Shown one piece after another: positions 16,109-25,349 of a stretch of 43,166 nt of DNA. This DNA comes from an uncultured bacterium (lineage in GTDB: Bacteria; Lernaellota; Lernaellaia; Lernaellales; Lernaellaceae). The translations under genes were made by a program, and so were the position numbers. How positions within the stretch are numbered: position 1 is the stretch's first letter; the number at the start of each line of letters is the position of its first letter. The notes beneath the pieces were generated by a model, which was given only the letters and a program-made list of their open reading frames with translations, was not told the DNA's origin and ran no database searches. The stretch lies in the NCBI GenBank assembly GCA_964534375.1, contig CAZHPN010000023.1, positions 1 to 43,166 of the forward strand, given 5' to 3'.

Positions 16109-17856
16109 GCGGCAGGCACGCGGACGCCGGCCGGGGGCGAGGCGTCGGGCTTGGCGGCCGGGTTGAGCCACATCGACAAATCGCCGTCGCGGCTCAGGCC
16201 CTCCCAGATAAATTGATTGGCGTCGATGTAGCCGTCGTCGATCATGGCGCGCACTTGCGGCGGCCGGCATTGAAAGCAAGGCAGCCACGCAATGCACACG
16301 TCGCTCCAGGCCTTGATGGCTTCCTTCTGATCGATAATTTCGTGGCCTTTGGCGGTGTACGGCAACCGGATGACCTCGCACGGCGCACCGTCCAGACGGC
16401 AGAGGTGCGCCATTTCGTCCGCCAGTTCCGGGTGCGAGCCGTCGTCGAGCACCAGAATGCGGGCGTGCGACCGGCGGGTTTGGCGAAACGATCCCTGGGC
16501 CAGCAACGAGGAATACAGCATCAGCCCGTCCATGCCGACGCGATTGACGCGGTACAGGCCGAGATGGTTGCCATACCGATAAATGTTGAATCCGGCCGTG
16601 CCGAAGGCCTCTTCGAGCGGCGATCGCGCGCTCGGATCGGGCAACGCAGGCAGGTCGCGGACCGCCGTCTTCCGCCACGGCAACGGCGCAAAACTATTGA
16701 AGGCGAACTGCGCGAGGCCGGCGACGATCACGAAAGCCGTCGCCGCCGGCCGAGCCCACGCTTGCAAGCGCCGGCGCCGCCAGACGTGGTCGGCCTGGCC
16801 GAACAGACCGAGCGCCAACACGACGGCGAAGAAAGGGACGATCGGCAGCACAAAGCGGAATTGTTTGTTGGCCGACGCCGAAAAAAACAGGAACGAGGGA
16901 ACGATCGCGGCCGCGCCCCACGCCATGAACGGCAGATAGCGTTTGCGCAACGATTTGCGGGCCAACAATCGAACCGCGCCCGCGCCGGCCAGCGCGGCAA
17001 ATAGCCAGCCGAGTTCCCAATTCGGAATCCAGTCGAAGAAAGGCCGCGGCGTGAAGTAGTGCAAATTGGTGGGGATATTGTTGTCGGAGCCGGCCAGATG
17101 GGCGCGCAGGCTGCCCTCGAAATTCAACACGTACCACGGCAACGCCACGGCCGCGGCGCCGGCCGCCGCCAGGAACATGCCCGCCGCCATCCGCCCCCGC
17201 CGGTCTCTTCGCCGCCAGCTCTGCACGGCGACCGCGCCGGCCGGCACGAGCACGAACAGCGGAAACGGCTGCTTGATCAGCAGGCCGACGCCGCAGGCGA
17301 CGCCGAAGCCGAAGCTGGCGCCGAGTTTCCGAAACCGGTCGCAGGCCAGCAAAGCGGCGAGGGCCGCCCATGCGGCGGCGGCCAACGGCAGATCGGTCAT
17401 CATGGTCTTGGAAAAGGCGACGATTCCCGGCGACGTCGCGACGACGAAGGCGGCGAGGAAAGCGACGGAGGAATTCTCCAGCGGCGCGATCCGCCGCGCG
17501 ACGGCGAACACGCTCGCCAACAAAATCGGGAAAAACAGCAGTTGTACGGGGATGATCGCCATCGTGGGATTGTCGATGACGTGCTGGGTCATGAGCGACA
17601 GGCCGCCGAGTACGCCGAGCAGCGGCGGACGAAAGGCGTCGAAGAAAACGGCATGGAGCACCGGCGCGCTGACGCTGTCGGCGTTGGACATGAACGCCAG
17701 GCGGAAGTTGTACGCCATGTTGTAGTAGTACAGCGCGTCGAAAGTCAGGGGCGAGCGGTCGAGAAAAAGATGCACGAAATTCAGCGCCATCAGCGCGGCG
17801 ATGAGCGCGGCGAGGGCGAGCCGCGCCGTTTTCGATGTCAGGTGGGCCGCTTTCAT
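16105..17856 (-). CDS. ArnT/GT39-like membrane glycosyltransferase (paralog 1)
   Basis: DRSPLTFDALYYY, FRPPL, VVATSP, MTDLPLAA, GVGLLIKQPF, QFRFVLP. Colinear with the downstream paralog. Confidence 0.8.
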   Translation of the reverse strand: MKAAHLTSKTARLALAALIAALMALNFVHLFLDRSPLTFDALYYYNMAYNFRLAFMSNADSVSAPVLHAVFFDAFRPPLLGVLGGLSLMTQHVIDNPTMAIIPVQLLFFPILLASVFAVARRIAPLENSSVAFLAAFVVATSPGIVAFSKTMMTDLPLAAAAWAALAALLACDRFRKLGASFGFGVACGVGLLIKQPFPLFVLVPAGAVAVQSWRRRDRRGRMAAGMFLAAAGAAAVALPWYVLNFEGSLRAHLAGSDNNIPTNLHYFTPRPFFDWIPNWELGWLFAALAGAGAVRLLARKSLRKRYLPFMAWGAAAIVPSFLFFSASANKQFRFVLPIVPFFAVVLALGLFGQADHVWRRRRLQAWARPAATAFVIVAGLAQFAFNSFAPLPWRKTAVRDLPALPDPSARSPLEEAFGTAGFNIYRYGNHLGLYRVNRVGMDGLMLYSSLLAQGSFRQTRRSHARILVLDDGSHPELADEMAHLCRLDGAPCEVIRLPYTAKGHEIIDQKEAIKAWSDVCIAWLPCFQCRPPQVRAMIDDGYIDANQFIWEGLSRDGDLSMWLNPAAKPDASPPAGVRVPAA

Positions 17857-18039
17857 GAGTCGTTCGCGATGTTCCCGAAAAAACTACCGGCGCCCATCTT
17901 GCCCGAATCCGGCGCGTCTGACTATAGGCGGGCTGCCGCATGCAGTTGATCGCCAAATGCCGCGGCCGGCGTTGACAAACCCCGCGGCAATTGTTGTGTT
18001 GAAATAAATCGATGCAGGCGACAAACCAAGGAGCGGACG

Positions 18040-19104
18040 ATGACGAAACCATGGTTGCTGTACGGGGCCAACGGCTACACGGGCCAACTGACCGCCGAAT
18101 TGGCGAAGAAACGCGGGATGACGCCGATTCTCGCCGGTCGCGACGCGACGAAAATCCGGCCGTTGGCGGAGAAACTGGGATTCGAGCACCGCGTGTTTTC
18201 GCTGGACGACCCCGCGGCGTTACGGCAGGGCCTCGCGGGCGTCGCCGCCGTCGCGCATCTCGCCGGACCGTTTTCGCGAACGTCGAAACCGATGGCCGAC
18301 GCCTGCCTGGCCGCCGGCGCGCACTATCTGGACATCACGGGCGAGCAAGCCGTTTTCGAGGCGCTGCTGGCGCGCCGCGACGAGGCGGCGAAGGCCGGCG
18401 TCGCCGTGATCACGGCGGTCGGGTTCGACGTCGTGCCGACCGATTGCCTGGCCTTGATGTTGAAAGACGAACTACCGGACGCGGTCGAGTTGGAGATGGC
18501 CATCTGCGGTTTCGGGGGCGCCGTGGCGTCGTTCAGCCGCGGCACGCTCAAGACGATGCTCGAAAACTTGTCGCTGGGCAGCGCGGCCCGCATCGACGGC
18601 AAGCTGCGGCCCGTGCCTTTTACCTGGCGCACGCCGACGATCCCCTTCGCGCGCGGCGCCCGGCCGACGGTGACCGTCCCCTGGGGCGACATCACCACGG
18701 CGTTTTACACGACCGGCATCCCCAACATCGCCGTGTACATGGCTTCCAAACCCGCGATGTACCGCGGAATCAACCTCGTTCGTCCGCTGCTGCGCTCGCG
18801 CCTGCTCGTCGGCGCGCTGCAACAGATTGTCGAGTGGACCGTCTTTGGGCCGAAGACGCAAGACCGCGAACGCGGTCGCACGGACCTTTGGGGCCGCGTG
18901 CGAAACGCGAAAGGCGAAACAGTGAGCCTGACGATGGTCACGCCCGAGGGCTACACGTTCACGGCGGATTCGGTGCTGCGGTCGGTCGAACGCGTGTTGG
19001 CCGGCGAGGTGAGGCCCGGCGCGTGGACGCCGGCCGTCGCCTTCGGCAAGGATTTTGTCAGAGAAATGGACGGCGTGACGTTGTTTCCGCCAGTGCGCGG
19101 ATGA
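18040..19104 (+). CDS. Saccharopine dehydrogenase-like / trans-acting enoyl reductase family oxidoreductase
   Basis: LLYGANGYTG Rossmann motif, LAGRD, AGPF, HYLDITGE, GFDVVPTD, GAWTPA; SD AAGGAG. Confidence 0.9.
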   Translation: MTKPWLLYGANGYTGQLTAELAKKRGMTPILAGRDATKIRPLAEKLGFEHRVFSLDDPAALRQGLAGVAAVAHLAGPFSRTSKPMADACLAAGAHYLDITGEQAVFEALLARRDEAAKAGVAVITAVGFDVVPTDCLALMLKDELPDAVELEMAICGFGGAVASFSRGTLKTMLENLSLGSAARIDGKLRPVPFTWRTPTIPFARGARPTVTVPWGDITTAFYTTGIPNIAVYMASKPAMYRGINLVRPLLRSRLLVGALQQIVEWTVFGPKTQDRERGRTDLWGRVRNAKGETVSLTMVTPEGYTFTADSVLRSVERVLAGEVRPGAWTPAVAFGKDFVREMDGVTLFPPVRG

Positions 19105-19110
19105 CCGCGG

Positions 19111-19201
19111 GTTACGAGTTACGAGTTACGAGTTACGAGTTGCGAGTTGCGAACGTTTCGGCCCGGTCATCATTCGTAATTCGTAACTCGTAATTCGTAA
19201 C
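19111..19201. repeat. Inverted heptamer arrays between convergent genes (probable hairpin/terminator)
   Basis: (GTTACGA)4(GTTGCGA)2 at 19111-19152 facing (TCGTAAY)4 at 19174-19201. Confidence 0.9.
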
Positions 19202-19204
19202 TCT

Positions 19205-19843
19205 CTAGCGCGCCAGCCCCGGCAGCAGCTTCACCAGCCCCTCAGTAATAAATTCGACGCCGATTGCGGCGAGCAGAATGCCGAAGAGGCGCGTCAAGAT
19301 GTTGATGCCGGTCTTGCCGAGCGTCTTGCCGATCTTTTCCGACGAGCGAAATACGAGGTAAACGCAAATTCCCACAACGACGCAGGTGAGGATGAGGAAA
19401 ATCGTCTCCCGCACGCCTTTGGCTTGGTTGGCATAGAGAATCGCCGTGCTGATCGCGCCGGGTCCGGCCAGCAACGGGATGGCCAGCGGCACGATGGCGA
19501 TTTTTTCCTTGTCGGTCGCTTCCGCCGCTTCCTCCGGCGTTTGCCGCGCGCGGCTCGGCGACGCTTGCAGCATGGCGATCGCGATCAGCAGAATCAGGAT
19601 GCCGCCGGCCACGCGAAAGGCCGGCAAACTCACGCCGAAAAACGCAAGCAGGCGGGCGCCGGTCAACGCGGCGCCGATCAACACGCCCGACGCCGTGATC
19701 GAAGCGAGCCGCGCCACCGCGCGTTTTGCCGCCGGCGACAGGCCTTCGGTCATGTCGAGGAAAAACGGCGCCATGCCGATCGGGTTCACGATGACGAACA
19801 TCCCGACGAAGATTTTCAAGTAGTGGCCGATTGCGGCTTCCAT
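19205..19843 (-). CDS. marC: MarC family integral membrane protein
   Basis: IVNPIG, AFRVAGGILI, IAIVPLAIPLLAGPGAIST, ILTRLFGILLAAIGVEFI. Confidence 0.93.
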   Translation of the reverse strand: MEAAIGHYLKIFVGMFVIVNPIGMAPFFLDMTEGLSPAAKRAVARLASITASGVLIGAALTGARLLAFFGVSLPAFRVAGGILILLIAIAMLQASPSRARQTPEEAAEATDKEKIAIVPLAIPLLAGPGAISTAILYANQAKGVRETIFLILTCVVVGICVYLVFRSSEKIGKTLGKTGINILTRLFGILLAAIGVEFITEGLVKLLPGLAR

Positions 19844-20104
19844 AGTCCGAGCCTCCGTGGCGGAAGGCGGTCGTTATACAGAAAACGCCGCGCAAGGGCA
19901 AGTTGACCGGTGACTATTGCGGCGGGAAATCCGCGTTTTGGCGCTTCGATCGCCATCAAGAAATCGCCCGCGAACCATGGTCCGTGGCGGCCAAATGTCA
20001 GATTTTTATGCCGCGCCGAGAAATTTCTGAGGTGAAATGACGCACGGAAAATGAACGTTCCTCGTAAGCTATTGTTTCTACGGTGAAAATATTTTTTCGC
20101 GTTT

Positions 20105-20120
20105 TGGCACGGCGTTTGCT
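20105..20120 (+). promoter_or_regulatory. sigma54 (-24/-12) promoter with an upstream IHF-like site
   Basis: TGGCACGGCGTTTGCT with exact GG-N10-GC spacing; IHF-like TAAGCTATTGTTT near 20065-20077; AT-rich context. Confidence 0.8.
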
Positions 20121-20130
20121 AATTCACATA

Positions 20131-20312
20131 GAGGTTGCCTTCTTTTCGAGAAAGAACACGAACCGCTTGGAGGCGAAGCCGCCAAGAAGCGTTAGAGAGA
20201 CGAGGGGCGGAGAACTGGATTAAGGAAGATTCAATAAAGGGCGGTCAGTGGAGGATGCCCGACGCTAGCGGCGTTCCGGATTTATGGGAGGACGACCGGG
20301 ACGCTTTGTTTT
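20131..20312 (+). ncRNA. Candidate sigma54-dependent GGA-rich small RNA (~180 nt)
   Basis: Lies between the sigma54 promoter and the terminator GCGTTCCGG...CCGGGACGC-TTTGTTTT. Contains several hairpins, 10 GGA triplets in 20169-20301, and no convincing ORF. Confidence 0.55.
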
Positions 20313-20389
20313 GCGGCTTTTTTGCCGCGTGGAAATGATGCGATTTGAGCCGCTTTGTAGATTGGACCGCGGCGCATTTGAGTTCTTGC

Positions 20390-20428
20390 AAGACGCGCCT
20401 TCATTGAGGGGAGTCGCGTCTTTTTTGT
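20390..20428 (+). terminator. Intrinsic terminator-like hairpin upstream of the pilM promoter
   Basis: AAGACGCG-CCTTC-att-GAGGG-gagt-CGCGTCTT followed by a T run. Confidence 0.55.
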
Positions 20429-20640
20429 TGTCTCGCCGCGCTTCTTTAGTAAGGATGAGGCGCAGCGTCGGGAGACCACGTTTGCGACCATTGGGGCCAG
20501 TCGCCACGGCCCAAGCGGCGTGAATCACGGGTTCCGGAGCGGTGGCGCAGGATTCTACAAAGCACATAAAGTTTTACTTGCAAATACTTTTAAAACTTAT
20601 ACAATCTTCGGCAGTCCTTTGTTTTGGCGGGGGTTTGCGC

Positions 20641-20670
20641 TTGACAAAGGGGCCGGTGTTTCGGTATACG
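20641..20670 (+). promoter_or_regulatory. Candidate sigma70 promoter for pilMNOPQ
   Basis: TTGACA-N18-TATACG about 60 nt upstream of pilM. Confidence 0.5.
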
Positions 20671-20728
20671 GGCGGGCAAGTAGACGGGTCGCTGTAGACG
20701 AAAACCCAAATACCTTTGAGGCGGAAAC

Positions 20729-21781
20729 ATGCTGTTTTCTAGAAAAAAGGGCATCTTGGGTCTCGACATTGGTTCGAGTTCCATTAAAGTCTTGGAGTTG
20801 ACCGAAGCAAAAAACGGGTTTGAGTTGGCAAATTTCGGCATCGAGTATCTGCCGCACGAGACGATCGTCGATTCCACGATCATGAACGCTCCGGCTGTCG
20901 TCAACGCCATCCGCAAGCTCATCGCCGACAACCACATCAAGGCCCCCCGCGACGTAGCGACCAGCGTCAGCGGCCATTCGGTCATCATCCGCAAGATCAC
21001 GTTGCCGCTCATGACGGAAGAAGAAATCGAAGGCAACATTCAGTGGGAAGCCGAACAATACATTCCGTTCGACATTAACGAAGTGAACATCGATTACCAG
21101 CGCCTCGAGATGGAAGGCGAAGATCAAGAGAGCCAGGACGTGCTGCTGGTCGCGGTCAAGAAGGACATGGTCAACGATTACGTGACCGTCATCTCCGAAG
21201 CGGGCATGAACCCGGTCGTGATGGACGTCGACGCGTTTGCCACGCAAAACATGTACGAAGTCAACTACGAAATGGAGCGGGGCAAGGTCATTACGCTGGT
21301 GAACATCGGGGCCAGCGTGATCAACATCAACATCGTTTACAACGGCAACTCCGTTTTTACGCGCGACATGTCGATCGGCGGCAACCACTACACGGAGGAG
21401 CTGCAAAAACAGTTGTCGGTCAGCTTTGACGAAGCGGAGCAAGTGAAGATCGGCAAGCAGCAGGCGCCGCAAAACATCCAGCCGGTTCTGGATTCGATCA
21501 GCAACAGCGTCGCGCTCGAAATTCAACGTTCGCTCGACTTTTTCACGGCCACCAGCAATTTCGGCCACATCAGCAAGGTATACCTGGCCGGCGGCGCCTC
21601 GAAAACCGCCGGATTGCAGCAAATCATCGAGAATCAGGTCGGCATTCCGGTGGAATTGATCAATCCGTTCAACAACATCGAGATCCCGACGAAAACGTTC
21701 GACAAGGATTACGTCCAGGAAATCGCGCCGTTGTGCGGCGTGGTGGTCGGTCTTGCGTTACGGAGGCCCGGCGATAAATGA
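20729..21781 (+). CDS. pilM: Type IV pilus assembly protein PilM
   Basis: GLDIGSSSIKVLEL, WEAEQYIPFDINEV, VMDVDAFA, VNIGAS, EIQRSLDFF, LAGG, GLALR. Confidence 0.96.
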   Translation: MLFSRKKGILGLDIGSSSIKVLELTEAKNGFELANFGIEYLPHETIVDSTIMNAPAVVNAIRKLIADNHIKAPRDVATSVSGHSVIIRKITLPLMTEEEIEGNIQWEAEQYIPFDINEVNIDYQRLEMEGEDQESQDVLLVAVKKDMVNDYVTVISEAGMNPVVMDVDAFATQNMYEVNYEMERGKVITLVNIGASVININIVYNGNSVFTRDMSIGGNHYTEELQKQLSVSFDEAEQVKIGKQQAPQNIQPVLDSISNSVALEIQRSLDFFTATSNFGHISKVYLAGGASKTAGLQQIIENQVGIPVELINPFNNIEIPTKTFDKDYVQEIAPLCGVVVGLALRRPGDK

Positions 21782-22377
21782 TCAGAATCAATCTTCTGCC
21801 TGAAGTAAAACGAAAGGCCCCGCGAAAAAAGATTGCGATCGCGCGCCAAATTCCGTTCGCCTGGATCGTCGCGGGGCTCGTGGCCATCGTGCTGGCGAGC
21901 GCGGCGTCGCTCGTTTTCCACGTGCGAATGATCGAGAAACTGAAAGACAAAGTGGACCAGGCCACGGCCCGGCAGGCGGACATCAAGAAATACAAAGACG
22001 AACAGGTCAAGGTCGAGAAGGCGCGCCAGCAGCGAAACGCCCTGGCCCAGAAGCTTGAAGTCATCGCCACGTTGAAGCAACGGCAGGCCGGCCCGGTGCG
22101 TCTGCTCGACGACCTGGCGTCGTCGATGCCGCCGAAACTATGGCTGACGCAGATGGCGGAAACCGGCGGCTCGCTGTCGTTGACCGGCATGGCCGTCGAC
22201 AACAAACAAATTGCTCTGTTCATGGAAAATCTGACGAAACATCCGTTGTTTGAAAATGTCGAACTTGTCAATTCGACCAGCGGAAGCGGCGCCCGCGGCG
22301 GCGAAACGTTGCCGGCGAAGCAGTTTCAAGTGAGTTGTCGACTGAACATGGCGAAAGAGAAGCTAATGGGCAAATAA
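21778..22377 (+). CDS. pilN: Type IV pilus assembly protein PilN
   Basis: MIRINLLP PilM-binding motif, TM helix, coiled coil, P..LWLT, G.A; ATGA-coupled to pilM. Confidence 0.95.
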   Translation: MIRINLLPEVKRKAPRKKIAIARQIPFAWIVAGLVAIVLASAASLVFHVRMIEKLKDKVDQATARQADIKKYKDEQVKVEKARQQRNALAQKLEVIATLKQRQAGPVRLLDDLASSMPPKLWLTQMAETGGSLSLTGMAVDNKQIALFMENLTKHPLFENVELVNSTSGSGARGGETLPAKQFQVSCRLNMAKEKLMGK

Positions 22378-22429
22378 GCCCGGCAAGGGACGCGCGCCCG
22401 AACCGGTTTGCGTCGCACGAGGTTTTTCG

Positions 22430-23092
22430 ATGGCCAACACCGCTAAGGTTCTGATAGTTTTTGTTTTAGTCGCGCTGGTGTTCGTCGGCTATTTTGTTTT
22501 TGGCTACCGCGTGAAACAAAATGAAATCGACCAAGCCGATCGCGAGTTGGCGAGGCTGGACGCCGAACTCCGCCAGGTGAAGGACGCGGCCAGCGCGCGT
22601 CAGCCGATTGAACGCGAGATTGAAACCCTCGACCAACAGCTCAAACTATCGTTGGCGCAACTGCCCGAGGACAAGCAGATCGACGTGCTGCTCCGCAATT
22701 TTGACGACCTCGCCTCGACCTCGGGCTTGGAAATCACCAAACTCGTCCCGGGCGCCGAAATCGCCCGCGATTTCTACGCCGAGATTCCAATCGATCTGGA
22801 AATTCGCGGCGGCTACCACAACATTGCGATCTTTCTCGACAAGATCGGCAAACTCAAACGCATTATCAACGTCAGCAACCTGAAGATGGCGACCCCCTTG
22901 GAAGTGAATGGAGAAATCCAGGTCACGGCGACGTGCATCGCCACGACCTTCCGCTTCCGCAAACCGTCGGAAGCGGCGGCCGCGCCGGCGGTCAAAGGAA
23001 AAGAACCGCCGAAGCCGCCGGCGCCGGGCGCCGCCGGGGCCGCGGGGGCGCCGCTTCCCGAAGAACAACTGGTTGGCGGCAAAAAGAAATAG
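22430..23092 (+). CDS. pilO: Type IV pilus assembly protein PilO
   Basis: TM helix and coiled coil, QLPEDKQIDVLL, FYAEIPI...GGYHNIAIFLDKIGKLKRIINV, ATTFRF. Confidence 0.94.
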   Translation: MANTAKVLIVFVLVALVFVGYFVFGYRVKQNEIDQADRELARLDAELRQVKDAASARQPIEREIETLDQQLKLSLAQLPEDKQIDVLLRNFDDLASTSGLEITKLVPGAEIARDFYAEIPIDLEIRGGYHNIAIFLDKIGKLKRIINVSNLKMATPLEVNGEIQVTATCIATTFRFRKPSEAAAAPAVKGKEPPKPPAPGAAGAAGAPLPEEQLVGGKKK

Positions 23093-23166
23093 AGCGTGCG
23101 CGAAACGGCTGGGCTCTGGACGAAGGGACGAAACGGATGAAATACAACGCGATGGAGAAAGACGCC

Positions 23167-23754
23167 ATGCGTTTTCGTTTCTTGGTGATTGCGGCGCTTC
23201 TGATCGTCGCGATCGGCGCCTGCAACCCGTTTGGCGGCGGCGGCAAAGCCACCCAAGACGCGGCCAAGGCGCAAAAGGCGGCGGAGGACAAGATCTCCGA
23301 AATTCGCATGCAGCAGGCGAAGGCCGCGCCGGAGACGCCCGCTGACAAGAAGGCGGACGTGAAGGTCGAAGCAGCGGCCGCCCCGTCGATGGAAGAGGCC
23401 GTGACGGCCAGTTACGACCCGATCAACAAGCCCGATCCGTTTCGGCCTTTCAAACCGGAATCGGTGACGGGCCCGAAAGAAACGGACAATCCGCTCTTGA
23501 AGTATGAAGTGCGGTACTTTAAACTCGTGGGCATCATTCGCGATGTCGAGAATCCGGCGGCGATGTTCGAGGATCCGGCCGGTCGCGCGTACACCTTGCA
23601 CCAGGGCCAACCGATCGGGAAAAACGGCGGCGTGATCCGCGCGATCCTGGACGACGCCGTGGTCATCACGGAGACGCGCATCAGTTGGCGTTCCGAGGGC
23701 ACGGAAACCGTGGAAATGACCATTCGGCTGCGGCCGGACGAAAAGAAATCCTAA
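23167..23754 (+). CDS. pilP: Type IV pilus lipoprotein PilP
   Basis: Lipobox IGAC, YDPINKPDPFRP, PLLKYEV..FKLVGII, AMFEDPAG..Y....G..IGKNGG. Start chosen by the GGAG SD; 23137 and 23152 are alternatives. Confidence 0.92.
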   Translation: MRFRFLVIAALLIVAIGACNPFGGGGKATQDAAKAQKAAEDKISEIRMQQAKAAPETPADKKADVKVEAAAAPSMEEAVTASYDPINKPDPFRPFKPESVTGPKETDNPLLKYEVRYFKLVGIIRDVENPAAMFEDPAGRAYTLHQGQPIGKNGGVIRAILDDAVVITETRISWRSEGTETVEMTIRLRPDEKKS

Positions 23755-23813
23755 TGTCGACAAATGTGAACGCAGATTTGTCCGTGACAACGTTTCTGTC
23801 GAGGAGGCGACTA

Positions 23814-25289
23814 ATGGCTGCAACGCGGAGCGGAGCAAGTGGGAACAGGACCGGAATCTTCGGTCTGATCCTCTCGGCCCTCCTGGTTTTCCTGGCTGCC
23901 CAGGCCGCTTATGCTCAGCAAAGCGGATTCATCAATCAGGAAAACGCTGCGATCCCGGACGACCAATATTTCGGGAAGAAGATCAGCCTGGATTTTCAGG
24001 ATGCCGACATCAAGTCGATTCTGCGGATCATCAGCGAGGTCAGCGGCCTGAATATTGTCGCCGCGGACGACGTGACGGGCAAGATCACGATCAAGCTGAC
24101 CAACGTCCCCTGGGATCAAGCGTTGGATATCATCCTCCGGGCCAAGAAAATGGCCGTCGAGCGCGAAGGCAACATCATCCGCGTCGCGCCGGTGCAAACG
24201 TTGACCAACGAACGGCAGTCGGAACTGACGCAGCGCCAGATCAGCCTGCAATTGGAGCCGCTGATTATGGCTCTGATTCCGGTCAGTTACGGCGACGCGA
24301 CGGAGTTGACGGCGCAGATCCGCTCCATTCTCTCGAATCGCGGCGTCGTGAACGTCGATAAGCGGACGAACATCATCGTCATCCAGGATATCGAAAAGAA
24401 CATCAAGAAAGCCAAACAATTGGTCGCCAGCCTGGACAGCCAGACGCCGCAGGTCTTGATTCAAACTCGCATCGTGGAAGCCACGACGGATTTCACCCGC
24501 GAGCTCGGCGTGCAGTGGGGCGGCCGATATAGTGCGGACGCGGCCCACGGAAACCCGACCGGTTTGGCGTTTCCGAATTCGATCCGGTTGAGCGGCGCCG
24601 ACACGGGCGCGGCGAACGGTACGGTCGGCACGGCGGCGACGTCGCAGACCGCGACTTCCAGCACGATTTCCCGTCTGCCGGATGCGAACTACGTGGTCAA
24701 CCTGCCGGCGCCCATCGGTTTGGGCAGCGGCGGCGGCATCGCGATGACCCTCGGCAGCATCAACGACACCTTTGGTCTGGATTTCGAACTGACGGCGATG
24801 GAGAACCGCGGCGAGGGTCGGGTCATTTCGCGGCCCGAAGTGACCACGTTGTCGAACAAGACGGCGTCCATCACCCAGGGCGTAAGCATCCCGTTCCAGA
24901 TCAGGCAGCAAGGCGAAACGTCGCTGTCGTTTATCGAGGCGAACTTGAACTTGACGGTAACGCCGCACGTCACCGCGGACGAATCGATCATCATGAAAAT
25001 TCAGATCGCCAAGAACGCGCCGGATACGTCGATCCCGACATCGACCGGCGATCCGGCGATCGACAAGAAGGAAGCGACGACCGAAGTGCTCGTGCGCAAC
25101 GGCGAGACGTCGGTCATCGGCGGCATTTTCCAGGACTCGGAGACGCGCACCGAACTGGGCATCCCGTGGTTGTCGCAAATTCCGGTTTTGGGATACTTTT
25201 TCCGCGACCGCAAGACGGTCAAGAGTCGCAGCGAACTGTTGATTTTCATTACACCGCGGATCGTACGCGATCGGCCTGCGGTATCGTGA
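23814..25289 (+). CDS. pilQ: Type IV pilus secretin PilQ (short form, no AMIN domains)
   Basis: GKKISLDFQDADI, VPWDQALDIIL, VDKRTN, QVLIQTRIVEA, RELGVQWG, VTPHVT, GETSVIGGIF, IPVLGYFFR, ELLIFITPRI; SD GAGGAGG before ATG 23814. Confidence 0.95.
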   Translation: MAATRSGASGNRTGIFGLILSALLVFLAAQAAYAQQSGFINQENAAIPDDQYFGKKISLDFQDADIKSILRIISEVSGLNIVAADDVTGKITIKLTNVPWDQALDIILRAKKMAVEREGNIIRVAPVQTLTNERQSELTQRQISLQLEPLIMALIPVSYGDATELTAQIRSILSNRGVVNVDKRTNIIVIQDIEKNIKKAKQLVASLDSQTPQVLIQTRIVEATTDFTRELGVQWGGRYSADAAHGNPTGLAFPNSIRLSGADTGAANGTVGTAATSQTATSSTISRLPDANYVVNLPAPIGLGSGGGIAMTLGSINDTFGLDFELTAMENRGEGRVISRPEVTTLSNKTASITQGVSIPFQIRQQGETSLSFIEANLNLTVTPHVTADESIIMKIQIAKNAPDTSIPTSTGDPAIDKKEATTEVLVRNGETSVIGGIFQDSETRTELGIPWLSQIPVLGYFFRDRKTVKSRSELLIFITPRIVRDRPAVS

Positions 25290-25349
25290 CGAGCTTGACG
25301 GCGCCGGGTTGTTCGGCGGCGTCAGCGACGCAATAGAGGAGGCCCCCAG

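Noticed and set aside
20135..20567. Small ORFs in the marC-pilM gap
   Set aside because: They lack well-placed SDs and recognisable motifs, and they run across terminator hairpins.
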